A stretch of 64,000 nucleotides of DNA from Basidiobolus meristosporus CBS 931.73 (taxonomy: Eukaryota > Fungi > Basidiobolomycota): positions 19,024-83,023 of the forward strand of contig MCFE01000389.1 in assembly GCA_002104905.1 (NCBI GenBank), given 5' to 3'. Below are positions 38,480 through 48,885 of this stretch, piece after piece (position 1 is the stretch's first letter; each line of letters starts with the position of its first letter). The notes under the pieces are model-generated. The model was not told the origin of the DNA, searched no databases, and saw only the letters and a list, made by a program, of their open reading frames with translations. The position numbers and the translations under genes are program-made.

Positions 38480-39329
38480 ATGTACCTTTTTCTTTTTTCC
38501 AACCCATTCAAAGGCAAACCTTACTAAATCGTGCACTTTTCCCCCTTAAGGTCTAGCTACTGGGTTTCGAACCAGAAATTCTGGTGTAAGTACTGTAAGA
38601 TCTATATAACAGACAACAAACCGGTATGTGTTGAAACGACCCCTTTCACGATGGACTCGGGAACATGGAACACTAAGCATAGTAATATTCTCGACACCAT
38701 AGAGTAGGCAAATCCACGATAATGGCAAGAAGCACAAGGATAATGTCAAGTATTATCTTAGGGAAGTGGATAAGAAATCCGAGGAAAACCGTAGGGAGCA
38801 AGACATGATGAAGATGGAATTGCGACGCATTGAAAGAGTAAGCTGGTCAGAGGACAAACCATTCACCTTGCTTGATGCTGATCTCTTTGTGACTCTTTAG
38901 GCGGCATACAAACAATACGCTCAAGACATTATTGATGGTGCCCCACCTCCAGCAATTCCTGTCAAAAGACCACCACCTCCACCTATTCCTCAATCTTCTG
39001 CATATTCGGCACCAGTACCACCACCCGAAGAGGAGAACCCCGCTGCAGACGAAGGCCCGCAAATCGGTCCATGGGTTCCAGTAGTAAAGCCCAAGCCGAC
39101 GAATATCGTCAAACCTAAAGAAACTTCGGATGTTCCATATGTCGAAGACGACGAGGATGATGGTGAGGATTTGAGTGGCTTCAAAATCGTGGAAAAGACA
39201 CACCCCGTTGATACGGAAGAACCTGCGGACGAAAAGGAGGAGCCCACTACCTCGCTTTTCAAAAAGAGGAAGAGCGACTCGGCCGGTAAGAAGAGAAATA
39301 TCAGGAAAAAATCAGGCACGGCTGAGTAA
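38480..39329 (+). CDS. U1-type zinc-finger protein (WBP4/FBP21-like N-terminus), 4 exons; not in the ORF track
   Basis: Spliced translation MSSYWVSNQKFWCKYCKIYITDNKP|SRQIHDNGKKHKDNV...RRIER|AAYKQYAQDI with a Pro-rich and acidic/basic tail. Introns at 38482-38550, 38624-38702 and 38838-38900. Confidence 0.85.
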
Positions 39330-39476
39330 AGCGCTAGCCCTTTCCATCAGTCACGCATAGCCACCACAATAAATCGTGTATATATACTTCGATAGACAAA
39401 CAGCTCACATAGAAGATGGAATCCATTTCGACAATAAAGAACGGTTATTTTATTGGAATGATACTGGTTAGGTCGC

Positions 39477-40109
39477 TTATTTCTTGACCTTTTGGGCTTC
39501 CTCTTCAGCCTTAAGCTTGGCACGCTTCTCACGGATACCGCGGTAACGTTGCTCGGAGCGAACGTTACGAAGGGTGGCGTAGGCAGAAGCATTCTTCTCC
39601 TCGTCAGTAACCTTGCGAGCCTTCTCCTTCTTGAAGACTTGGGTAACAGGCATGACGGAGCCAGAGAGTTGCTTGGCCTCAGCGAGCTCAGCAGCCTCGC
39701 TGTCACCCTTCTTGGGCTTGCCAGCCTTCTTGGGGAAGACAATAAGCTTAGCCTTGTAGGCCTTGAGACGTTGGACGTTCAAGCTGAGGGATTCCTCAGA
39801 CTTGTTGCGACGACGGTGGTCGACGGAGATACCGATGGTCAAAGCTTCCTTGCGTCTGATACCAGCTACCTTGAGTTCTTCCAAGGTGAAACCCTTACCA
39901 GCTCTCAACTTGGTGTTGTACTTGATGGTAGGGCATCTGACGGCAGGTCTGAGGAGACCGTCGACGGGACGGGGGGCAATACGAGCAGCCTTTTGGACGC
40001 GATTGAGTCTTCTGCGCTTCTTGCGACCGGCTTGGTCGAACCAGGTCTTGACACGCAATTGCCAGTCCTTACGGAAGTGGTTGTTCGGCAACTGATTGTT
40101 GTGCTTCAT
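39477..40109 (-). CDS. RPL13: 60S ribosomal protein L13 (eL13)
   Basis: [33 protein letters not shown]...[26 protein letters not shown]...ISVDHRRRN. Confidence 0.97.
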   Translation of the reverse strand: MKHNNQLPNNHFRKDWQLRVKTWFDQAGRKKRRRLNRVQKAARIAPRPVDGLLRPAVRCPTIKYNTKLRAGKGFTLEELKVAGIRRKEALTIGISVDHRRRNKSEESLSLNVQRLKAYKAKLIVFPKKAGKPKKGDSEAAELAEAKQLSGSVMPVTQVFKKEKARKVTDEEKNASAYATLRNVRSEQRYRGIREKRAKLKAEEEAQKVKK

Positions 40110-40675
40110 TTCCTAGGAACGAATGGTTAAGGATGACATGTGTGTGGTGGCATCACTGGAGATGGATGCCAGCGAAGGTCTATTGATTTCATTCATATAA
40201 CATCATATAAAAGGATACGGTTGTTTCAGAACAACAAGGACTTGAAGGAAAGAGAAGGAACGGCTGTACCTCACGAGAACTATTTTATAAAGCGACCAGT
40301 TAAAATCCGTGACCATTCACTTTTTATTGGTGTATTCTAGGCAAAAATTCTCTGGGATTTTTGTTACGGCGGATCGGGGAAAATTTTTCCAATCTTTCAA
40401 TCATGGCGACTGCGTGGAAATCGGGTGGAATCTGGCCAAATGTCCATCAAGTTTCCCATAGATTTGGCATTTGGTTGCTCTCGAGCATCGACAACAAACA
40501 TTCACTCATATATATGCTAGCAGCGTTTGTAGCACCGTGCGCTATAAACCCATATCCACCTGCACTCATCACAATCACAACCCAATTAAGCAAACATGAT
40601 TTGGTCACAATGAAGATTCGTTTCTCCAAAAGTTTATTGGTATTCACAAGGGATAAAGTAAAGTGCGTACACACT

Positions 40676-41074
40676 CTAGTTCTCTTGGGTGCGAAGTCTG
40701 GCGTTAGCGTTGGTAACCTTGACATTCAATTGTTGGGCGCGCTCAACAATGGAGATGCGGTTCTTGGAGCTGACGTTGTGAGCAATCTCGGCAGCGTAGG
40801 TACGGTTTTGCATCAACAAAACTTCCAATTCCTTAACACTGGAGACGACGAACTTCTTGAAGCCATTGGGCATAAGGTGACGGGTCTTCTGGTTGGAGCC
40901 ATAACCGATCTTGGGCATGGGGATTTGGCCCTTGAATCTACGACGGACACGGTTATCGATACCCTTGGGCTTTCTCCAAGACTCCTTGACGGTCTTGTAG
41001 CGGTCAGATTGATGACGCTTGAAGGGCTTAGTGCGCTTCTTGACAATAGAGACTTTGTTAACGGAAGAGACCAT
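40676..41074 (-). CDS. RPL32: 60S ribosomal protein L32 (eL32)
   Basis: [17 protein letters not shown]...[18 protein letters not shown]...MPKIGYGSN...[12 protein letters not shown]...VTNANARLR. Confidence 0.97.
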   Translation of the reverse strand: MVSSVNKVSIVKKRTKPFKRHQSDRYKTVKESWRKPKGIDNRVRRRFKGQIPMPKIGYGSNQKTRHLMPNGFKKFVVSSVKELEVLLMQNRTYAAEIAHNVSSKNRISIVERAQQLNVKVTNANARLRTQEN

Positions 41075-41518
41075 CTTTTACTACATACAATGCAACGTTA
41101 GTACGGGTCGTCGCAGATAGATGGCTGTTGATCGCTGAATGGATGCGAAATTACCTTGCTCACGCAGCCAAATGGATAGGGGAAGAGGAAGAACTTGGCT
41201 CGCCTATCTGAATTGTTTTAAAACTTCCCTTGGGTGCTGGAAAAAAATCAATACATCACCCCGCGATCGATCACATGACGAGGAAGGGGCCAACCACTGG
41301 CTGATGCAGTTTACCCAACTCTCGCTCCCAAACGCGTAACTTAACCCAGAAATGTTGATCAGGCTTGAGTGTGAAACGAGTCCAATGATCCATTGCTCCC
41401 ACTCGAAATGTTGGCTAGTATCGCGTGGTGGTGGGGAAATTTTCTTACCTGCGCACTCGTCATACCAAACGCACCTTTACTCCCCGCAACCACCTAACCC
41501 CCTTCTATTTCACACCTG

Positions 41519-43049
41519 ATGGATCCAGAGGCCAGACGTGCCGCCAACCTTAATGTGCTGCAGCGACTCGACAGGAGAATCTCCGAAATCTTAGATAGTT
41601 CTAGCCACGTCGTGGTCTACAAGTTCGATAATGATACACAATCTTGGGTACGGTATTTCCCTTGATGAGTGACTTTAGCGCCGGAATATTCACCCCAATG
41701 TTACTTCCCGCCTCTAGACCAAGAAGAACGTGGAAGGGACCATGTTTCTATTCAAGCGGTACCACTCCACCTTCACCTCAACCCCTTGTTCCCCACCCAA
41801 TGCCTGACCAGCGCTTCTTTTTCCTAGAGAGGTGTCCCCCAAATACGGCTTCTTTGTAATGAACCGACTGAGTATCGATAACTTCATCGTTTACCTCAAT
41901 GGAAACATGGATCTTCAGATAACCACCGATTTCATCATTTACAGAACTGGTGAAGGTAGTTCTACGGCCTTGCTAATCCCTCTCTCCCCAAATTAACCTC
42001 CTCTGTTTACCAGAGGATATCCACGGAATCTGGATGTACGAAACTGCCGATCGCGAGCGTGTAGGACGTGAACTTGTCGAGTACGTACCCCGATGGAGCC
42101 TTTTTTTGGTCCCTAACTCTGGTTTCTCCTTGCATACGCTGACGTCGTTTGTTCGTGTAGCTATTGCGAGAAGGCTAAACACGAAGACATGACACCCTCA
42201 ATAGTCAAGCCGACCAATGACGGGAAACACGACATTCTAGATATGCTCCAGAGAGCACGTGAAAAAAACACACCAACATCCCAGTCGCACGGCTCAGACC
42301 TTCAATCCCCTTCTCAGACCACGCCCGTTAACTCGAACTCAAACCCGAATCCGAGCCAGCCCGACATTCTTGGAAGCTTGTTCAAAAAAGCCAGCACCGC
42401 GTACCAACATACTTCGGGACCTCAACAAACTCCGCCAGTTCCTAGAACTACAGGCCCAGTGAGTCCAGCTACGATTTTTCCTGTCCCTCGAAAGGATTCT
42501 AATCTCTTGAAAACTAGCCAACGCCAGGGAACAGCGGTGGCACAGCTCCTGATTCTAACGTGTTGCTTAATCTTTTACAGGGTGGCCATACCAACCCCAT
42601 GGCACCTAGTCCCTCACAACTGGAAAGACCCACCATGCCCCAAATGGCACCCAACAACGTTTCCCCTCATATGCCCCTCCATATGCCACCCATCATCCCA
42701 CCAAACGTGAACCAGTTTTCACCACGTCCCCCAGTGCTGCCCAACGGCATGATTGGCATGCCTCTCTTGCACCCCGCCCAAGCGCTGGATGCATCAGTGC
42801 CTGTGATTCCACCACAGCGTGTCGGCCAGAACAGGCCTTTGTCTAGAGCCGAGTATATCGGACATTACATCTACTTGTTGCAGGTATGTGTATCCTCAAA
42901 TCATCATCGCCATAGATGGCAATACTCACTAACTCACCATTTCCACCCCCCCACCCCCGCCACAGAATGACCCGATTTTCGCGGACCTACTGTATCAAAG
43001 ATATCTGAAGCAGGGTAGTTACGAGGAGGTGTACAGGCCCAATATGTAA
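41519..43049 (+). CDS. DCP1: mRNA decapping activator Dcp1, about 7 exons
   Basis: Spliced EVH1-like N-terminus MDPEARRAANLNVLQRLD...SSSHVVVYKF...W|TKKNVEGTMFLFKR|...YGFFVMNRL...IHGIWMYE. Pro/Gln-rich middle and a C-terminal LSRAEYIGHYIYLLQ|NDPIFADLLYQRYL trimerisation-like motif. Confidence 0.9.
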
Positions 43050-44470
43050 TGCCGGCACCGGCACTCGAACGGAGCCCGGGAATTCCCCTTAGACATGATC
43101 ATTGTTTCTTGAGATACTTTGAATCAATCCAATGTTCCCCCTCGATGGCCTCCTTCGTTGACCACTTCTTATAAAATTTCCGCCGGGATTTACTTGGTGA
43201 CGTTGGGTTTTTTTCTCGTCGAGACCGTCTAGTTTAGTGGCTACCTAGAGTTGTCTAGAAATCAGGGGTGGCTTGGTAAGGAAGCCTTCAGGCTAGGATT
43301 CGGTTGGTACTGGGGTTACCCCGCTCATTGAGGGAATTTACCACCTTTTGGCATTCCATCTTGTGGATCCACCATGCCAACCTCATACTGTGAAAATCTG
43401 GACCGTTCTTGCTCGAGCATTTCAAGCTCTATTTAGGTCTATGGAGTGATCTCATGGATCACGATCGTGTATAAGATATCTTTTGTTGGTGATAGCTCAA
43501 TCAAACCCGGTCAGGGTCAAGGTTGGGGTTGGGGTTGGGACTGAATTTAGGGTTTTGTCACTCAAACATCATTTAGCAAGAGATATGGAAATTTTCGACT
43601 GGACCTAAGTTTATACCCCCTTCTTTCCGAGATTATTTCCAGCATTTCTCTGTATCTACCGTAGGTATGAATGGGTTGTTTTCACTCCGTGGGCTTGCCA
43701 GAGGAAGTCCCGCCCATCTACCAGTTTCCCTGCCTTCTCGGAAGCCACTGGCCTGACTGAGCATTGTAAACAGTCTATATGGAGCAGCTTACAAATCCAC
43801 CGTAAGCCCTTGTATGGGAAGATAAAAAATTGGAATTGGAGGCGGTACATTTTATTCCTTGAGCTGGGAAATTGCCCAGTGAAAAGAATTGAATGGCATG
43901 CAAATTCCCAACATCCAGCAAAATCGAATCCCAGGTGCTGCATCAGACCACATTTATTGATACTATTAACCGATACCCTCCGGATATTGGATCATTGATG
44001 GCAATCATTTCCACCTGCATAAAATATTCAGTGTTCTACTCGGCTTCGGTGGATTTGCATTGGCAGTCCTTGATCGTTATTCAAAAAAATCCATTTTTTT
44101 TTTCAATCTCCATCCGGTTTCGGACGGTGTGAGTGGTGCGCATTTTTACCTTGATTACACATCAATCCTACACAGCACTACCGCACAAATATGGGATGGT
44201 TGGTAAACATTATCCAGCTTTTGCAGAGTGCGAAGCGGTTCCACTCAATGGAGGAATGCACGTGCTGTCGCCAAGCCAGGAATAGCACCCACCCAAATGG
44301 GGAAATGCTCTTTAAGGTTCACCAACTCCTATATCATGGAAGACACGAAAATCCACTTGCCGTGTGAAAAGAAGCGAGTCAACCCTTGACTTTATGCAAT
44401 CCTAACAACCTGTCCATATAACGCTAATCTAGGCTCCAAATTTATGGGTGGTTTGATCCAATGGGCGAAG

Positions 44471-45010
44471 TTATCTGATCCAGTTCGCTGCACCGTTTAT
44501 CTGATGGCTGGTAAGTCCAATCAACATTCCACTTGAAGAGGAATTCCACCTGGTGGCTCAACCATTCGGGTGATGGAACTTTCCAGGTTCTGAGTCGACA
44601 TCTGGCTTGCGGTGGCCTTGGTACACTTTATCTGATTCATCCTCGCCAATGCTGTCTTGTTTTGGCAAGGTCACTAAGGTGCAGTTGCAGTGGAATTACT
44701 CCACATAGCTTGCTTGCAGTACGTCTCGGATATTCCAATACCCAAGCCCCAAGTTAGCGAGTCTAGATAGCTAGACCAGAGAGCAGGAATAATCAGGCTG
44801 ATGCGGGACAAGAGCCTGTCCAGCCTGTCTGCTCGCGTATGTTGTCACAGAGGAAGGTGGCCATCTTACGGTGTACTCATTTACAACCAGGAACCAAGTG
44901 TCCCAAGTTGAGCGTTTTAACAAGAAAGAAAAACCAGGCCTAAGCCCTGTTAGCATCCACGCGAACCGAAAAGCTGTGGCTTTCTAAAAACAGAAAAAGG
45001 GATCTGATAA
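44471..45010. promoter_or_regulatory. Four ATCWGATAA boxes (SreA/Fep1/Sre1-type iron GATA sites) upstream of the iron permease
   Basis: TTATCTGAT at 44471-79, 44497-505 and 44628-36; ATCTGATAA at 45002-10. Confidence 0.7.
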
Positions 45011-45084
45011 CTCGGGCCAGGTTTTTGTATAAATAGCTTGACCCGTCCACATGTTCAAGCCAAACACCCATCTCTTCATTGTCA

Positions 45085-46629
45085 ATGCCCGTTCAAAACC
45101 AGATCGCTGGCGGTGCTAAGGTAGGATTGAGTGAAAGAATCATCGATGGTTTCTGCTCACCTGGCAGGCAATATGGAGTCCAATCCGCCGCTCCAACTCA
45201 ATACATCGCCATCAATAAGCTGGAAGAGGTCTCGATCACTTCCACAGAAATCGCACCAGATGGAATCAGTTACAACCCTAAAACGAAGATCTCCATTGGA
45301 AGCCGATTTTTTGACACCATCACGAGATATGCTGGGTCCAGGGTCATCTTTGTGTTGACGCTGGCAGTGCTGGGCGGGTGGGCTATCATCGGGATTGTCT
45401 TGGGTGCGCCAGCCAACTGGCAGATTGCAATCCAGGATGGTGGCTCCATCCAATGCTACATTTCTGACACCCTCTTGATGCGTCAACAGCACAACCATTG
45501 CAAGAGACTATTGACTATCATTGCCCAGCTGCGGTCCAGGAGCGCAACATTCAAGCGACTCCTGGGGTATCCGCATATCGTGGCCAAGCTGGAGGCTGCG
45601 CTAGAGAAAAGCCATGGCCACCAATCTCCCGAGGATGATGTTGGTGATGGTGTGAAGCTGCCGGTGGTGAACTGGTTTGATAGATGCTGTAATTGCGTGT
45701 CGATTGCCGTGGGATCCATCTACTCCCTTGTTTTCTACTGGCTGGGCATCTTCGCGTGGATCGGTGTGGGATATCCTCTCCAGTGGAGCAACATGTGGCA
45801 ACTTTACATCAACACCGCCATTGCCGTGGAGCTTAGCTTCACCTCGATGTTCCTTCAGAATACCCGGCGTCGTCATATGGAGTATTTCGAGAAGTGCCTT
45901 GCGTCGGTGCTGAAGGCCGATCGGGATCTAGAGATTCTTCTGCGTCAGGTAACTGGTGACATCGAGCTGAACCCAGTGATTGTGGTGGAGCCTCCTAAAG
46001 TGAGCCTCGGTGTGCGTTCCATAGACTACTACGCAGATATCATCGGCTCCGGAGTAGGTGCGTTCATCTCCATCGCGGTTTTTGTTGTTTGGCTTGCTGT
46101 CGGGAATTGCATGCAGTGGAATTCGAATTGGTGGCTCATCATCGGCACTTACACCGGCCTGATCGGATACATAGATGGTTTCGTGCTGAGAAATGTGTAC
46201 TTCCGCCAAGACAAGCTCATGAACGCGCAATTCGATTTGCTGATCGACTCCGATCTGGCTCTGTTCCAGAAGCTGGGCCTGGAGCCACCGACGGGGCCTC
46301 CTTCTAGCAAACAATCCCTGATCAGTCGAGTGAGCGTGTTTTGGGGGACAGTTTGCGCCAAGCCCGAGTCTGTCCTGGGCTCAGTCCTCGTTACCATCGC
46401 TCTGTTATGTATCGCATCGGGAATGCATTGGAATGAAACTGGTCAACTGCTATGTAACACTCCAACCATGATCATCGAGGGCTTCCTGTTTGTAGTGTTG
46501 ATCCAGGCACACAATCTAGCCAACACCAAACGCCGGGTGCAATTGCACGATATATTGTTGCGCAGGCTCAAGTTGCTCCAACATGTACAAAGCATCGCAG
46601 ACACGAAAGGATTTAATGAAAAGAAGTAA
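45085..46629 (+). CDS. FET4: Low-affinity iron permease, FET4 family, intronless
   Basis: Multi-TM protein with repeated Fet4 motifs WQIAIQDGGSIQCYISDTLLMRQQ, WQLYINTAIAVE---SMFLQNTRRRH, WWLIIGTYTGLIG and TGQLLCNTPTMIIEGF. First ATG at 45085 (the track starts at TTG 45079). Confidence 0.9.
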   Translation: MPVQNQIAGGAKVGLSERIIDGFCSPGRQYGVQSAAPTQYIAINKLEEVSITSTEIAPDGISYNPKTKISIGSRFFDTITRYAGSRVIFVLTLAVLGGWAIIGIVLGAPANWQIAIQDGGSIQCYISDTLLMRQQHNHCKRLLTIIAQLRSRSATFKRLLGYPHIVAKLEAALEKSHGHQSPEDDVGDGVKLPVVNWFDRCCNCVSIAVGSIYSLVFYWLGIFAWIGVGYPLQWSNMWQLYINTAIAVELSFTSMFLQNTRRRHMEYFEKCLASVLKADRDLEILLRQVTGDIELNPVIVVEPPKVSLGVRSIDYYADIIGSGVGAFISIAVFVVWLAVGNCMQWNSNWWLIIGTYTGLIGYIDGFVLRNVYFRQDKLMNAQFDLLIDSDLALFQKLGLEPPTGPPSSKQSLISRVSVFWGTVCAKPESVLGSVLVTIALLCIASGMHWNETGQLLCNTPTMIIEGFLFVVLIQAHNLANTKRRVQLHDILLRRLKLLQHVQSIADTKGFNEKK

Positions 46630-46739
46630 CATATGTAAATAGAGCAAGAGGTCAATAAATCGTCCTTCAATGAAAGTAAACAATAGATATGGTCATATAG
46701 CGCGTGTTTTTGTTATGTACATCTCAATACTGCTGCATA

Positions 46740-47699
46740 TTAGCTCAAGGACACCGGTACCAAAAGAATAAGCAGCATCACCAATACACTCAGAAGCACG
46801 ATTTGAAAAAATGCCAGCAGCAGGATCCGCTTTTGCTCCTGGATGATTGCTGAGTTGACTACATCCACCGTTGAGTATCCTTTCTCTAAGCAGGTAGAGA
46901 TATCTGTGTTCGATAGGGGAAACGACTCGTAAGGCTTGATCTCTCTCATACGTGCGTACACTTTGGCTGCGCAGATACCTCGATATGAGCTCAACAAGTA
47001 GGAGATCCCGACAAGAATAAGAGGCGTCAGCACCAGCCGCATCCATCGGCCCTGGTGAAGCAAAATGGTCATTGAGACCCCAAGAAACGCCAAAATCATA
47101 AGAATAACCCCAAAGATGCACCTGAAGTGGATGGTGGCGGGGGAGAGGTTTTTGATGGCCTCAGATTTAAAGCGTACGAAAGAATCCCCTTCCATGAGAT
47201 GGTATGCCTCCATCGCGGCCGCATGGAATATGGATGGATGGGTGGTATATACCGCCTCTGCGAGCAGTTTTTCCCGTGTGGAAACCTCAACATTTAGCTC
47301 GCTCATGGAGTTACTGGAGAAGAATCTCTCTATAACCGCATCAATCTCATCTCGGAAAGGCTGCATCTGGTAAAGTTTTGCTTTGTATTCGTGCAGATGC
47401 TGCTCAATACCCTGGCCAATATCAGACAGGCCACTGTCTCTTCTTGTGTCTTTGGCGTCCTCCAAGTTGCATTTACCACAGAGTTTAGCATTTTCGTGGG
47501 GTATTTTACACGGTGTCAGCATTTCGATGACATCGGTTGGAAGTTGATTAAATCGTAATTGATAGCTACGATACCAAAGGTAAAAGTCGAGGTTCTCGAC
47601 ACTGTACTCAATGTACGTCAGGAACTTACGAAAGTCGTTGAGGGAAAGGGGGGGACAGGAAGTCTGGCTGATAATGTTCTCGAGTGTTACATTGTTCAT
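46740..47699 (-). CDS. Fungal RGS-domain protein with C-terminal transmembrane helices
   Basis: TLENIISQTSCPPLSLNDFRKFLTYIEYSVENLDFYLWY...FFSSNSMSELNVE...HPSIF...AYHLMEGDSFVRF followed by hydrophobic segments. The start is placed at MNNVTL; the ORF is open up to 47876. Confidence 0.82.
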   Translation of the reverse strand: MNNVTLENIISQTSCPPLSLNDFRKFLTYIEYSVENLDFYLWYRSYQLRFNQLPTDVIEMLTPCKIPHENAKLCGKCNLEDAKDTRRDSGLSDIGQGIEQHLHEYKAKLYQMQPFRDEIDAVIERFFSSNSMSELNVEVSTREKLLAEAVYTTHPSIFHAAAMEAYHLMEGDSFVRFKSEAIKNLSPATIHFRCIFGVILMILAFLGVSMTILLHQGRWMRLVLTPLILVGISYLLSSYRGICAAKVYARMREIKPYESFPLSNTDISTCLEKGYSTVDVVNSAIIQEQKRILLLAFFQIVLLSVLVMLLILLVPVSLS

Positions 47700-48384
47700 G
47701 GTAGGTAGATGCTTTACATTATGATGTATCCCCAAGAAGAAAAGTTGAAACTTCGACCGTAGCTTAAGTGGGATAATATATCTATGGAGGATGTCTGCAA
47801 AATGTATGCCCATGCATAGCCCAAGACAGGATGGAGCAGGATTGTTGTACCTGCATCTCCACATCCGTATTTCCATTGTGTTTCATGGACAATTGGTTAC
47901 CAGCGTTAACGTAGGGGCCATGGAGCCAAAGAGGGGTATATGGTCTCAACCTCAAGCATAAATCGATAATCTGAGTGCGATTGCTCGATGTAGTAGTGGA
48001 GAATGGATAGTCGTAGAGAATAAATCCCTGGTGGTACATGTTATGCAGTCCATCACTTGTTAATGCAAAGTGGATTCTGGTTTAAGTGCTATGACGATCA
48101 GCCTAACCAGCCTCCGAATAATCCCTTTTTCTTACGGGCGGCCTTGGTGATACGAGTAAGCAAGATCCGATACTATTGATCATACTATTGCATCGTATTT
48201 TTGCTGATCTATTGAAAGCCGAACATCGATGCTTCTGCCTCAGTACAGTACTTGACCAGTTGTTATGCTGCCATTTTTCAATCCAATATTTGAGAGGAGG
48301 CGCTTTTTAGACTTTATTTCATTCACTGGCATTTGTCTATAGATACTTGAAATCATATTTGGGTATACAATTTTGTAGCCAATC

Positions 48385-48885
48385 TTAATACTTGTAGAGC
48401 CCTCCTCCACTTCGTCCATGTCCACCGCTATTACCTCCGTATTCACCTCCACTGCCGCCGCCGTTTCCGCCATATCCACCACCGCCGTTTCCAACATGCT
48501 TACCTCCACCTCCACCTGCGCAACCGCTACCGTTTCCACCATATCCGCTGCCACTTGCACCACCATTTCCTCCGTACCCACTTCCACTACCATTTCCGCC
48601 ATATCCACCATATCAACCGCTGCTGCTTCCACCACTATTTCGTCCGTGTTCACCTCCACCTCCACCACTCCCTCCATATCCACCATTGCCGCCACCATTT
48701 CCTCCGTACCCGTTACCATGACCGCTTCCACCACCGTTGCCACTTCCGCCTCCAGCTCCTCCGTGAGCTACACCCCCACCTTCTTCCGAATAGTCCTTTG
48801 TGTTGTATCCGCGTTCAAGAATGGTAGCACTGGACATAGCCAAGGTTGAAGTGGCGAACAGGAATTTGACCGTGGAGAGCCTCGC
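48385..48885 (-). pseudogene. Glycine-rich, probably secreted protein with an in-frame TGA and no obvious ATG
   Basis: Signal-peptide-like RLSTVKFLFATSTLAMSSATILERGY, then GGNGGY-type repeats. TGA at 48613-15 interrupts a Gly-rich frame that continues to TAA at 48385-87. Confidence 0.6.

Noticed and set aside
40114-40269. Possible box C/D snoRNA in the RPL13 leader intron
   Set aside because: Only an imperfect C box (ATGATGT) and no properly placed CTGA or terminal stem.
39492-41101. Long plus-strand ORFs (212 and 246 aa) opposite RPL13 and RPL32
   Set aside because: Antisense open frames are expected from the strong codon bias of ribosomal protein genes; no motifs.
47700-47876. N-terminal extension of the RGS ORF
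   Set aside because: Family similarity begins at MNNVTL; the upstream part looks like open UTR, though it cannot be excluded.
48240-48849. Val/Glu-rich (48240-48743) and Thr/Ser-rich (48418-48849) ORFs
   Set aside because: They are alternate-frame and antisense readings of the Gly-rich repeat.
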